Positions 27,701 through 36,158 of a stretch of 63,304 nt of DNA are shown here, one piece after another. The notes below the pieces were generated by a model. It saw only the letters and a list, made by a program, of their open reading frames with translations, made no database searches and was not told the origin of the DNA. The position numbers and the translations under genes are program-made. Every line of letters starts with the position of its first letter. The first letter of the stretch is position 1. The stretch covers positions 1 to 63,304 of IMG/VR virus record IMGVR_UViG_3300042934_000801; one strand, given 5' to 3'. Source of the stretch: a virus (lineage: Duplodnaviria; Caudoviricetes).

Positions 27701-29304
27701 CGACTCCGGTTCGGTTCGGCCGCTTCCAGCCAAACCGGCGCACGGCCGCTGCCTGGGCCGCGCTCAATCCTGTTCTGCTCATGGGGGAACCCGGTTTAGA
27801 GACCGACACGAAACGTTCGAAGACTGGTGACGGAACGACGCACTGGAACGACCTTCCCTACGACGACGAAGCGATCGTTGAGGAAGCGGTCTCGCAGGCC
27901 GCAGCGTCTGCCGTGTCGAAACTCCCCGCTGGCTACTACACGCCGGTCGGCAAACCTGACGGTGCCCTATCTGAATTCGACACCGGTGAAACGGCGTACA
28001 CATTCGGTGGTTCAGTAGGTGGGGTCGTCAACGACGAGATCATCCACACCCCGACGGGTGCACCGTCGGCTACCTACTACGAGATCGACGCCGGCGCGCT
28101 GGTCACGAGAGTGACCTGCGAAGTGAAGTGGACACCGGGGGCACTCGGCGGTCTATGTATTGCCCTTCCGATTGAGCCATGGGGGCCACCGGGTGGGCAC
28201 CCGTCAGGCAGTGGTGCAGCATTGGAAGTCGCTGGCGTCCACCTGGTGCTGTACGGCAACGGAATTTGGCACTGTTCGCGCTGGAATGTCGGCACTGAAA
28301 CCAAGTACGCAGAGTCGACTACACACGGCCGGTTCGCCGATGTGCGCGACGGCGAATTCCGCACCGTTGACGTGTGGATTGATCACTCCGCTAGCTCGGC
28401 GACGGTCCAGTTCCCCGATGGATCATTCAGGACGTTCTCGCACCCTGCAATCGCCGCAGACACGTCCTCATGGGTGATTTGGGAGCAGTACAACTTCACC
28501 GGGGCAGGTGAAGTTGCGTGTGTTCTGCGAGACCTTTCTTTCGACACTCAGACCCGCCGCCGAGATTCGTTCGCCGCGACGAAGGTTGATATCGCCGAGG
28601 CTGTGACTGCCCTCCGCGACGTGCTCGGCCTGGAGTATGTGCCCACCGCGGCCGGCACGAAGACGATGGATGCCCTGTCTCCGCAGATACAGGTGTTTAC
28701 CGGCACGCAGAACCACACGCTGGTATTGCCGAGCGCGGGGATTCCGCAGGGTTACCCGGTCATCGTCAACAACTCATCCACTGGTGTCATCACGATCAAC
28801 TCATCGGCCGGGAACTTTGTCACTGCACTTTCCAGTGGTGGCACCGCGCAGTTGTGGTCTTTCAATGCAACCCCGACCACCGCGGGACATTGGTTGGCGC
28901 TGGCGCTGGTGACTGTGTCTGGCACGCAGACACTGACGGGTAAGACCCTGTCGGCCGCAAAAATCGCCAACAACGGGTTTTTAGCCGATAACAACGGCAA
29001 CGAGCAGATTGTGTTCGGCACTACGGCATCTGCGGTCAATGAGATCAAGGTGACCAACGCCGCCGCTGGTAGCGCACCGAGTGTGGTGGCGAACGGTGCC
29101 GACCCCAACATCGACTTCATCGTCGGCGGCAAGGGGACAGGCATTGCCAAGACGCCCGCAGGGAATCCGTACGGGGTGAAAGTCGCTGTCCCCGCGACGG
29201 CTTCGTCTACGGGCGTGGTGGGTCAGTGGGCGGCTGATACGACGTTCTACTACGCATGCATCGCACCAAACACGTGGGTGCGTACCGCTCTCGCTACCTG
29301 GTGA
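27697..29304 (+). CDS. Tail fibre / receptor-binding protein
   Basis: Mtd_N-like start (WAALNPVLLMGEPGLETDT..KTGDG...WNDLPY), central beta-sandwich, TQTLTGKTL, C-terminal YACIAPNTWVR. Confidence 0.75.
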   Translation: MTTPVRFGRFQPNRRTAAAWAALNPVLLMGEPGLETDTKRSKTGDGTTHWNDLPYDDEAIVEEAVSQAAASAVSKLPAGYYTPVGKPDGALSEFDTGETAYTFGGSVGGVVNDEIIHTPTGAPSATYYEIDAGALVTRVTCEVKWTPGALGGLCIALPIEPWGPPGGHPSGSGAALEVAGVHLVLYGNGIWHCSRWNVGTETKYAESTTHGRFADVRDGEFRTVDVWIDHSASSATVQFPDGSFRTFSHPAIAADTSSWVIWEQYNFTGAGEVACVLRDLSFDTQTRRRDSFAATKVDIAEAVTALRDVLGLEYVPTAAGTKTMDALSPQIQVFTGTQNHTLVLPSAGIPQGYPVIVNNSSTGVITINSSAGNFVTALSSGGTAQLWSFNATPTTAGHWLALALVTVSGTQTLTGKTLSAAKIANNGFLADNNGNEQIVFGTTASAVNEIKVTNAAAGSAPSVVANGADPNIDFIVGGKGTGIAKTPAGNPYGVKVAVPATASSTGVVGQWAADTTFYYACIAPNTWVRTALATW

Positions 29305-30049
29305 CCGGTTGTAGCGGCTGACCGTCTTCGACCGCCCACACGGTATCGAAGTCGAATGTTGTTGATGCAGGCGCGGGCTTGATGTATTCCTCCCAGAACG
29401 CCCGATCACCCAAGAGCCCGGCGGTGTCGACCGGGTGCGTGGACTCACTGCCGGGCACGGTCACGGTGACATCCTTGTCGGTCACCGAGATCGCGAATGT
29501 GTAGTCGCGGCCGATCGTCAGCGGCGGGCTGAAGGTGCCTTCGGCGACTGGCTCGAACGGGCCGCCGCGGCGGACGGTCAACTCCCAGGTGGATCGGTTC
29601 GCCACGAAGTGCACCATCTCCGTCACGAGCCGGTCGTTCGGCGTGATAGCCAGCGCCAGGGTGGTGTCTGCGTTTCCGTCGCGGATCTGCCGCCACCGTC
29701 CCTTAGTGCCCATGCTGCGCACGGTGCCGCGGAACTGGCGTGCCGCGTACACGGTGTCGTCCCCGGCGTAGGTGAATGCACCGTCGCGGATGAACCCGTC
29801 GGTGGCGGCGGGCATCGGGAACCGGTCGACGTACCCGGCGCGCATGTCCCAGCCATCTCCGAGCCCGGCTGTGGTGTTGGGCCGGTCGAAGGTGTCGAAC
29901 CACGACGCCTGGACCGGGGGTGCTTGCACAGGCGCGGTCGTCGTAGCGGTGGTCTCGGTAATCCGCGACTCGTACGCCGGTGGTTCCCGGGTGCAGGCCA
30001 CTGCGCTGATGAGCAGCAGCACGGCAATGAGCGTGTGCGTCAGTTTCAC
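29294..30049 (-). CDS. Lipoprotein with lectin-like beta-sandwich domain
   Basis: Signal peptide and lipobox (LLLISAVAC), Thr/Pro linker, FDTFDRPN; TACGCT -10 six nt before GTG (leaderless). Confidence 0.8.
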   Translation of the reverse strand: MKLTHTLIAVLLLISAVACTREPPAYESRITETTATTTAPVQAPPVQASWFDTFDRPNTTAGLGDGWDMRAGYVDRFPMPAATDGFIRDGAFTYAGDDTVYAARQFRGTVRSMGTKGRWRQIRDGNADTTLALAITPNDRLVTEMVHFVANRSTWELTVRRGGPFEPVAEGTFSPPLTIGRDYTFAISVTDKDVTVTVPGSESTHPVDTAGLLGDRAFWEEYIKPAPASTTFDFDTVWAVEDGQPLQPVTR

Positions 30050-30105
30050 ACCCGCAGCGTAGAGCCCGCCGGTGGCGGCTGCTGCACGAATCCCCGGAGG
30101 TTCCC

Positions 30106-30225
30106 ATGTCGTTTGGTGTCGCGATCGCGGTCGGCGTTCTGCTCGGCGGCGCGGTCCTGGTCGCTGCTTTCGAGGTGGCTGACCGTTTCGAGCTGAATCT
30201 GTTCCAGGTCGGGGACGCGGCCTGA
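30106..30225 (+). CDS. 39-aa membrane microprotein
   Basis: GGAGG RBS; MSFGVAIAVGVLLGGAVLVAAFE...; below the ORF-track cutoff. Confidence 0.55.
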   Translation: MSFGVAIAVGVLLGGAVLVAAFEVADRFELNLFQVGDAA

Positions 30226-30395
30226 TGAGTTTGCGTGCCCGGCTCGACGCGTACGGCACCGACGATCCGGACTTCAACGAGGGACACCCCGAGGACCGCT
30301 GCCCGCTCTGCGAGGCCCCGGTCATCGATCACCCCACCTGGCGCCACCGCATTCACGCGCTGTGGCCCGTGCTGGCGCACGCACTGCGGCGCTGA
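30225..30395 (+). CDS. 56-aa protein with CxxC
   Basis: TGATG coupling; MSLRARLDAYG...RCPLCEAPVIDH. Confidence 0.5.
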   Translation: MSLRARLDAYGTDDPDFNEGHPEDRCPLCEAPVIDHPTWRHRIHALWPVLAHALRR

Positions 30396-30466
30396 CCCCT
30401 GTTCTCCCGCCACCCTGCCGACTTCCCCGGGGCAGGGCGGCGGGCCATGCCTGAAAGGAGCTCGCG

Positions 30467-31813
30467 ATGGCAGATCGATTCTGGCCGCTCGGAGCTGGCC
30501 GCGTCGTCACAAGCCCGTTCGGGCACCGCGCCGGCGGCTTCCACGCCGGTGTCGACTTCGGCCGCGCCGGCGGATCCGGCGGCATGCCGGTCTACGCCGT
30601 CCAGGCCGGCACCGTGATCTTCGCCGGCGCGGCGCAGGGCTACGGCGGCCCAGACCCCGCGGGCTGGCTGGTCATCGACTCCACCGCGGCCGAGGGCGGC
30701 GGCTGTCTTGAGTACGGGCACATCGTCCGCGAGGTCGGCATCGGCACCCACGTGGCGGCGGGGCAGCGGATCGGGCGCATCAACCCAGACACGCGCACCA
30801 ACGGTGGCACGCCGCAGCGTCCGATCGCCCCGCACCTGCACCTGTCCGACATGCCAGGCGGCTACAACCCGGCCACCAAACAGGACCCCATGCCGCGGCT
30901 ACGCGGCGCCCGCGAACCCGCAACGACAGGAGGAACGCCCATGCCCGGATGGACCGGAGACCCCACCTGGCTCGCCGACGTCGTGCGCCCGGCCGTCGGC
31001 AAGTTCGTCGAATACCCGGGATGGCGCAACCGTGGACACGGCGACTTCAAGGACATCCGCGGCGTCATGGTGCACCACACCGGTGGCCGGGCGTCGGCGC
31101 GATCGATCGCCGAAGGGCGCTCGGACCTGCCCGGGCCGCTGTCCCAGTTCCACATCTCCCGCGACGGCACCGTCACCCTGTGCGCGGTCGGTGTCGCTTG
31201 GCACGCCGGCCGCGGTTCGTACCCGTGGTTGCCGACCAACATGGGCAACTGGCACCTGATCGGCATCGAGTGTGAAGGCCCCGTCACCCCGGGCATCAAC
31301 CCGGCGACGCAGGGCCGCGAACGGTGGCCCGACGCCGAGGTGATCGCGCTGCGGAATCTGTGCGCCGCGCTGCTGTCGAAGCTGCGGTACGGCACCGACC
31401 GACTGATCGGCCACAAGGACTACGCCGGTCTAGCGCAAGGCAAGTGGGATCCCTGGAACATGGACGTCACCGGATGGCTGGCCAGCGAGGTCGACAAGCG
31501 GATGCGCGGCTTCGTGTTCCCCGGCGAGGACGGACCGCGGCCCGTGCCACCGATCACGCCGCCGCCTGTCCCTGCGCCGGTTCCGCCTATCGACCGGTAC
31601 GCCGGCGTGCTGCTGCACCGCGGCATGGCCGGTATCGCCGTGCGCACCCTGCAGACACGGCTCAAGCGCGCCTATTCGAAGCTCGCCGTCGACGGCGAGT
31701 TCGGCCCACACACCGAGGAGTGCGTCCGGGACTACCAGCGGCTGCACCCCCCGCTGGTTGCTGACGGTGTGGTCGGCCCGGCCACCGCCGCATCACTCAA
31801 GTTGGAGGTCTGA
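30467..31813 (+). CDS. lysA: Lysin A (M23 peptidase + amidase_2 + peptidoglycan-binding domain)
   Basis: HAGVDF and PHLH (M23); VMVHHTG, AWHAG, IGIE, IGHK (amidase); VDGEFGP.T...V..YQ...ADGVVGP. Confidence 0.92.
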   Translation: MADRFWPLGAGRVVTSPFGHRAGGFHAGVDFGRAGGSGGMPVYAVQAGTVIFAGAAQGYGGPDPAGWLVIDSTAAEGGGCLEYGHIVREVGIGTHVAAGQRIGRINPDTRTNGGTPQRPIAPHLHLSDMPGGYNPATKQDPMPRLRGAREPATTGGTPMPGWTGDPTWLADVVRPAVGKFVEYPGWRNRGHGDFKDIRGVMVHHTGGRASARSIAEGRSDLPGPLSQFHISRDGTVTLCAVGVAWHAGRGSYPWLPTNMGNWHLIGIECEGPVTPGINPATQGRERWPDAEVIALRNLCAALLSKLRYGTDRLIGHKDYAGLAQGKWDPWNMDVTGWLASEVDKRMRGFVFPGEDGPRPVPPITPPPVPAPVPPIDRYAGVLLHRGMAGIAVRTLQTRLKRAYSKLAVDGEFGPHTEECVRDYQRLHPPLVADGVVGPATAASLKLEV

Positions 31814-31815
31814 CC

Positions 31816-32829
31816 GTGGCGTGGAAGCAACCCAGCGAGGTCGGCGACCGGGATCCCTCGATCATCGCCGCGAAGCGCAAGCTCCGCGCATACAGCTACG
31901 GGCAGAGCCTCGGCGAAACCGACGAGTACACAGTGGCTTTCGGTGTCGCTCTCATGTTGTTCAAGAACCGGCGCAACAAACAGATCGCCGACCGTGCCGT
32001 CATCAACATGCCCGGCATGGCGCTGACCTCCGCGCTGGACTGGGCGGTCAAAAAGAACCTCCAGATCCCGCCCTACGACAAGCCGGCCACGCCGAAAGTC
32101 GTCCCCGTCATCTTCACGGTGCAGGGGCACATGGGCGGCATGTTCGACGGCCCCGCCTACTTCACCGCCCGCGTGCTGGAGGAACAGGGGAAGGTTCGGG
32201 TTCGGCCGGTCGGCTACGACAACACCAGGAAACCGTTCAACAACCCCTCCGGCGTTCGCGAATTGGACCGACTGGTCAACGATCCCACTGTTCTGCCCTT
32301 TGACACCTCGTACGCGATCGACGCCCACAGCCAAGGCTCGATCGTGTTCTGCGACTGGTGGGAGCAGCACTGCAAGCCGAACCTGAATCGCTGGCCATAC
32401 AGCCACTTCCGCGGCGGTATCAACTTCGGCAACCCGCGTCGTCCCCAGGGTGTCGTTGCATCGTGGATCAGCGACAAGCCGAAGCCGGGCAGCGAGGGGC
32501 TCGACCCGGACTGCCTTGACGAGCAGATACCGGGCGTCGAGGAGGTCAGCCGCGACGGTGATCTCTACACCAACAAGATGCCAGGCACCGGAGCCGCCGA
32601 GTGGACGCAGGCTGTGTACCTGGCGGTCGCCCGCGCCCGTGTGTTCGGTGCCGGCACCCTTGCCGAAGAGATCGGCGAGCTGGCCATGCGGTTCGGCAAT
32701 CCGATCGAAATCTTCGCCATGTTCCAGGCCATCATCATCGGCGTCTCCGGGCTCATCCAACTGCGCGAGCACGGCGAATTCGACCTCCGACCCTGCATCG
32801 AACACAACGCCCGAATCCTCGGCGTCTAA
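31816..32829 (+). CDS. lysB: Lysin B (cutinase-like esterase)
   Basis: AHSQG nucleophile motif, FGNPRR, GDLY; follows lysA; implies a mycolic-acid host. Confidence 0.88.
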   Translation: MAWKQPSEVGDRDPSIIAAKRKLRAYSYGQSLGETDEYTVAFGVALMLFKNRRNKQIADRAVINMPGMALTSALDWAVKKNLQIPPYDKPATPKVVPVIFTVQGHMGGMFDGPAYFTARVLEEQGKVRVRPVGYDNTRKPFNNPSGVRELDRLVNDPTVLPFDTSYAIDAHSQGSIVFCDWWEQHCKPNLNRWPYSHFRGGINFGNPRRPQGVVASWISDKPKPGSEGLDPDCLDEQIPGVEEVSRDGDLYTNKMPGTGAAEWTQAVYLAVARARVFGAGTLAEEIGELAMRFGNPIEIFAMFQAIIIGVSGLIQLREHGEFDLRPCIEHNARILGV

Positions 32830-32844
32830 CCGAAAGGCACTGCA

Positions 32845-33216
32845 ATGAAACTGCTTACACTCCGTGACTGGCCCACGATCCGACAGTGGATTCAGGTCGT
32901 CGCCGCCGCCCTTCTGGTCGCGCTGGTCAACAATCAGCTGATTGCGTCGGACCTCGCGGACATCATCATCACGTTCGTCGTCGCCGTGCTGCCCCCGGCG
33001 CTCTCCATTTTCAATTCGGCCAGCGGGTTTCGCAGCTGGCTCTACACGCTGATCACCGCCGGCCAGGCCGCGGTGCTGGCGCTGGACATCTGGACCACGC
33101 TGCAGGTCGAGTCCATCGTGAACGTGCTGCTCGCGGTTATCGGCGCGGGCGTCGCTGTCACCCACACCCCGACACCGGCAGGTGAGCAGGGGCCGAGTCT
33201 GTTCGCGGCCAAGTGA
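32845..33216 (+). CDS. Holin
   Basis: Four hydrophobic segments with duplicated R.W.Y/Q motif; in the lysis cassette. Confidence 0.75.
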   Translation: MKLLTLRDWPTIRQWIQVVAAALLVALVNNQLIASDLADIIITFVVAVLPPALSIFNSASGFRSWLYTLITAGQAAVLALDIWTTLQVESIVNVLLAVIGAGVAVTHTPTPAGEQGPSLFAAK

Positions 33217-33509
33217 GCGTCTGGGGCAACCCCGAGCTGTGGAACGGCATCGGAGTTGTTGGTCTGGTGATCCTGTTCGCCATCGCTCTGGCCCGCGAGT
33301 GGATCGTGACGGGCCCATCGCACCGACGCGAGATCGCCAGTCGGGACCGCACCATCGCGATGTTGGAAGCCCGCGGCGACAAGGACGCCGAATCCATCGG
33401 CACGTTCGCGAACACACAGCGCGACATGAACAACGAAAAGGCGTCCGAGACCAGGTTGATAGCCGCGGTGCGTGATGCGCTGCTCAGCAACCAGGGGCAG
33501 CAGACATGA
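33213..33509 (+). CDS. Lysis-cassette membrane protein
   Basis: One TM helix then WIVTG..H and a coiled coil. Confidence 0.7.
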   Translation: MSVWGNPELWNGIGVVGLVILFAIALAREWIVTGPSHRREIASRDRTIAMLEARGDKDAESIGTFANTQRDMNNEKASETRLIAAVRDALLSNQGQQT

Positions 33510-33721
33510 TCTGGCCGTGGAAGCGCCGCGCCGCCGACGCGGCCAGCAGTCGGGAACGTGAGGCGTCGGCCGCCGAGAAGAACAGTGAATCGGCAGCACG
33601 ACTGGCCGAGGCTCATCAACTGGCCGCCGAGCACCGCGTCGTGACCGCGGCGAAGCGGCGTGAACTGGACAAGAACAGGTGGACCGAGTTGTTCGCAGAA
33701 GCATTGGCGCGGAGGGCGTGA
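33506..33721 (+). CDS. Small lysis-cassette protein
   Basis: ATGA overlap; MIWPWKR...NRWTELF. Confidence 0.65.
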   Translation: MIWPWKRRAADAASSREREASAAEKNSESAARLAEAHQLAAEHRVVTAAKRRELDKNRWTELFAEALARRA

Positions 33722-34110
33722 TGCGCTGGATCTATGGTGTCGGTGGTGCGGTGATCGTCTTCACCTTCCTGTCCGATCTCTGGTGGGCGATCAACTACGA
33801 GCTGGCCGCGAACTGGTCACTGACCGTGTTGACGGTCTGTGTCACCGTTTTCACCGTCCTGTACGCGGCCCGGTCGAATTGGAAAGCTAATCCCATCGGC
33901 GCCATCCTGCTGGCCAAGAGCATCTTCTTGACTGTCACGCTCTGGCAGATCGTCGCGTCGGTGTGGGTGTCGACGGAGTATCCGTTCCGGCAGCAGATCC
34001 GATTCGTGATCTATGCACTCGGTGCGCTGGCCTACATCACGATGGTCGTGAGTTTGTGGCGCTATCAGCACCAGGACCGCTCGGCCCTGCGCCGGCAGAA
34101 GGTGATCTGA
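33721..34110 (+). CDS. Multi-TM membrane protein (second holin-like)
   Basis: FTVLYAARSNW..NPIG, EYPFRQQIR; TGATG coupling. Confidence 0.7.
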   Translation: MRWIYGVGGAVIVFTFLSDLWWAINYELAANWSLTVLTVCVTVFTVLYAARSNWKANPIGAILLAKSIFLTVTLWQIVASVWVSTEYPFRQQIRFVIYALGALAYITMVVSLWRYQHQDRSALRRQKVI

Positions 34111-34157
34111 GATGCAACCTCAGGGGTAGACCCCCGCCGCGGACTTACTGCCGACAC

Positions 34158-34195
34158 AACCGCCCGCCTGGCCTCGTGCCAGGCGGGCGGTTTTT
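34158..34195 (+). terminator. Intrinsic terminator of the late operon
   Basis: AACCGCCCGCCTGGC/GCCAGGCGGGCGGTT perfect stem plus U-tract. Confidence 0.85.
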
Positions 34196-34199
34196 GTCG

Positions 34200-34229
34200 T
34201 TGCCCACAGTCGTTGTCGTGGGCTATGGT
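34200..34229 (+). promoter_or_regulatory. Candidate SigA promoter for the rightward tRNAs
   Basis: TTGCCC-18 nt-TATGGT directly after the terminator. Confidence 0.45.
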
Positions 34230-34306
34230 TCGTGCATGTTCGCTCACCGATCGAGTTCATCCTCCCTGCGACTCTCGTCGTAGGTGGAGGGCGCTTGCCC
34301 TCTGAA

Positions 34307-34389
34307 GGAGGGTGAGCATCAGGTGATGCAGTCCGGTTGCTAACCGGATGCGGAACAACCACCGTCTGGTTCAAGTCCAGCTCCCTCCG
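34307..34389 (+). tRNA. tRNA-Ser(GCT), 8/4-type cloverleaf
   Basis: Acceptor GGAGGGTG/CTCCCTCC (one mismatch), D-stem GCATC/GATGC, anticodon loop TTGCTAA, T-stem CTGG/CCAG, G discriminator. Confidence 0.85.
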
Positions 34390-34401
34390 CGAAGTAACCA
34401 T

Positions 34402-34485
34402 GGAAGGTGCGGCTGCGGCCAGCCAGACTGCCTTGAAAGCAGTTATGCGGTAACCATTCCGGGGGATCGACACCTCCACCTTCCG
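34402..34485 (+). tRNA. tRNA-Ser(TGA), 8/4-type cloverleaf
   Basis: Acceptor GGAAGGTG/CACCTTCC, D-stem GGCTG/CAGCC, loop CTTGAAA, T-loop ATCGACA. Confidence 0.8.
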
Positions 34486-34486
34486 C

Positions 34487-34560
34487 GCTCCTGTAGCCCA
34501 ATTGGAAGAGGCACCGGGTTTAGGTTCCGGCCAGTGGGGGTTCGACTCCCTCCAGGAGCA
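34487..34560 (+). tRNA. tRNA-Leu(TAG) with short variable loop
   Basis: GCTCCTG/CAGGAGC acceptor, CCGGG-TTTAGGT-TCCGG anticodon arm, GGTTCGACTCC. Confidence 0.9.
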
Positions 34561-34572
34561 CGAGATTTGTTG

Positions 34573-34651
34573 TGCCGGTTGAAGGAATCGAACCTTCGTA
34601 GCCGCAAGGCGCAGGCTTTACAGGCCCGCATGTCTCCCAGGAACAACCGGC
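34573..34651 (-). tRNA. tRNA-Tyr(GTA) with reduced D-arm
   Basis: GCCGGTT/AACCGGC acceptor, GCGGGC-CTGTAAA-GCCTGC, GAAGG-TTCGATT-CCTTC. Confidence 0.8.
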
Positions 34652-34655
34652 GCGG

Positions 34656-34726
34656 CACGGGTGGAGAGATTCGAACTCTCATCGCACGGTTTTGGAGACC
34701 GGCGAGCTACGCCTGTGCACACCCGC
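34656..34726 (-). tRNA. tRNA-Trp(CCA) with degenerate D-arm
   Basis: GCGGGTG/CACCCGT acceptor, CGGT-CTCCAAA-ACCG, GAGAG-TTCGAAT-CTCTC. Confidence 0.8.
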
Positions 34727-34739
34727 ATGGGGTGCTGAG

Positions 34740-34814
34740 TCGGGGTGACAGGATTCGAACCTGCGGCTTCACGGATCCAAACCGTGCACTCTGGCCAAAC
34801 TGAGCTACACCCCG
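34740..34814 (-). tRNA. tRNA-Pro(TGG)
   Basis: CGGGGTG/CACCCCG acceptor, TAGCTCAG, CACGG-TTTGGAT-CCGTG, GGTTCGAATCC. Confidence 0.92.
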
Positions 34815-34971
34815 TAGAGGGCGATATCAGTGGCGTGCTGGCAGGAAGGTGTGCGCTACCGACCCAGCGGCGACTGATATCGCCAGCTGGGGCCGAACGG
34901 TCGGCCGATCAAGGTGCTCACGGGAGTGAGGTTAGCAGCACGGTCGGACATTGCCGAGCTATTTTCTGGCC

Positions 34972-34993
34972 CGTCGGTCGTCGGGTCTACTGT
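34972..34993 (+). promoter_or_regulatory. PafBC (RecA-NDp)-type promoter
   Basis: cGTCGG-10 nt-TACTGT versus consensus TGTCGG-N10-TANNNT; GTG start follows at 35000. Confidence 0.55.
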
Positions 34994-34999
34994 GTGCGC

Positions 35000-35152
35000 G
35001 TGGCCCGCACCGCTGAGACCGTCGAAGAGATCACCCTGCTCGTTCGCACGCCGCACAACCTGAAGGGCTACCGCGCATTCACCGAGGCCGAGAGAGCCGA
35101 AGCTGAGTCGTACGCCCGCAGCCAGGGCGTCGAGGTCGAGCAGCTGCCGTGA
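35000..35152 (+). CDS. Small hypothetical protein (50 aa)
   Basis: Leaderless GTG; YRAFTEAERAEAESYA. Confidence 0.6.
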   Translation: MARTAETVEEITLLVRTPHNLKGYRAFTEAERAEAESYARSQGVEVEQLP

Positions 35153-35385
35153 CGCTCGGCGAGCTTCGGCTCACACCGCGCGGAAAGTGGGCCACGAACG
35201 CACCTCGCGAGTGCGCCTACGGCCACTGGCTCGGCCCGCAGCGCGTGCTCGTCGGTCACGCCGCGTGTTCGTGCGGACGCAGCGGCGGACACACCACTTG
35301 GACCTGCCGCGAATGCGATGACGTTACGTACGGGCCACCACTATCCGCACCGTGCACCATCCGGACCGGGCCGGACGAAAGATAG
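35149..35385 (+). CDS. Cys/His-rich putative zinc-binding protein
   Basis: C..GH...VLVGH..CSC...GH..W.C..C; GTGA overlap. Confidence 0.7.
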   Translation: MTLGELRLTPRGKWATNAPRECAYGHWLGPQRVLVGHAACSCGRSGGHTTWTCRECDDVTYGPPLSAPCTIRTGPDER

Positions 35386-35390
35386 AACCG

Positions 35391-35621
35391 CTACCGGGCC
35401 CAGCCGCGGAGTACTCGGTTGCCGAGTTGGCCGGCGACGATCACGCCATATACGGCCCACAGCGGCCACGGGAGGCCGACGGTAGCGTCCAGGGCGAACA
35501 ATGCGGCGCCGGTGCTGGCAGAGGCGACCAGATCGTAATTGCGCTGCACGATGTCCATACGGCCATTATCCCTGGTCTTGGAGTTGTTGATCAAGCAGCT
35601 CGTCGACTCGATCCATCCCAC
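35391..35621 (-). CDS. Small membrane protein (true start probably the internal MDIVQ)
   Basis: Two short hydrophobic segments; GATAAT -10-like before the internal ATG. Confidence 0.45.
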   Translation of the reverse strand: MGWIESTSCLINNSKTRDNGRMDIVQRNYDLVASASTGAALFALDATVGLPWPLWAVYGVIVAGQLGNRVLRGWAR

Positions 35622-35730
35622 CGCCCGGCATGCCGAGAGTGTGCGCCAGGTACCGGATCGCGGCGATCACCCGCAGCTCAGTATCTACATCCATATGAGT
35701 AGGACGCAGCCGGTGGCCGAACGGTTCCGC

Positions 35731-36015
35731 TCAATTTCCACTGCGAGCGAGTTTCCGCCGGTAGTCGCGCATGATCGCCGTGCCGTCACCCCACACGCCG
35801 CGCTCATTGCCCTGCAGCACCCACTGGTGCTGTTGGTCGCATCGCTCGGCGATCGCACGCTTCTCGGCTTCGATCGCGGCGAGCTCGGTGTTGGCGGCAA
35901 GGTAGCGCCGGCGTAGCCACGGTCCGGCCAGGGTTATGACGACCGCGGCGACGAGCCACCAGAACCACTCGGCGGTCAGCACCGCGACGGTGATTGCGGC
36001 CAGAAGTGCGCCCAT
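35731..36015 (-). CDS. Membrane protein next to attP
   Basis: N-terminal TM pair, IAERCDQQHQWVLQG..RGVWG; TACGAT -10 seven nt before ATG. Confidence 0.7.
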   Translation of the reverse strand: MGALLAAITVAVLTAEWFWWLVAAVVITLAGPWLRRRYLAANTELAAIEAEKRAIAERCDQQHQWVLQGNERGVWGDGTAIMRDYRRKLARSGN

Positions 36016-36158
36016 GCGCGTAATCGTACGTCCGCGACACGCCGAGGAACACGTGCGGACGCCGTCGGCACCGATCCAAGTTTCCGCAGGAGCCGACAGA
36101 TTCCGGCCGATGCCGAGGGATGCCGAACCGGCAGGTAGGAACCTGTTTGCCCAGCTCA

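Noticed and set aside
27697-29304. Diversity-generating retroelement suggested by the Mtd_N-like fibre start
   Set aside because: No reverse transcriptase and no template/variable repeat pair seen in the genome
34402-34485. Selenocysteine or opal-suppressor tRNA
   Set aside because: The body looks Sec-like but the anticodon is TGA (reads Ser UCA); tRNA-Sec needs TCA
34487-34560. Amber suppressor tRNA
   Set aside because: Anticodon TAG reads Leu CUA; a suppressor would carry CTA
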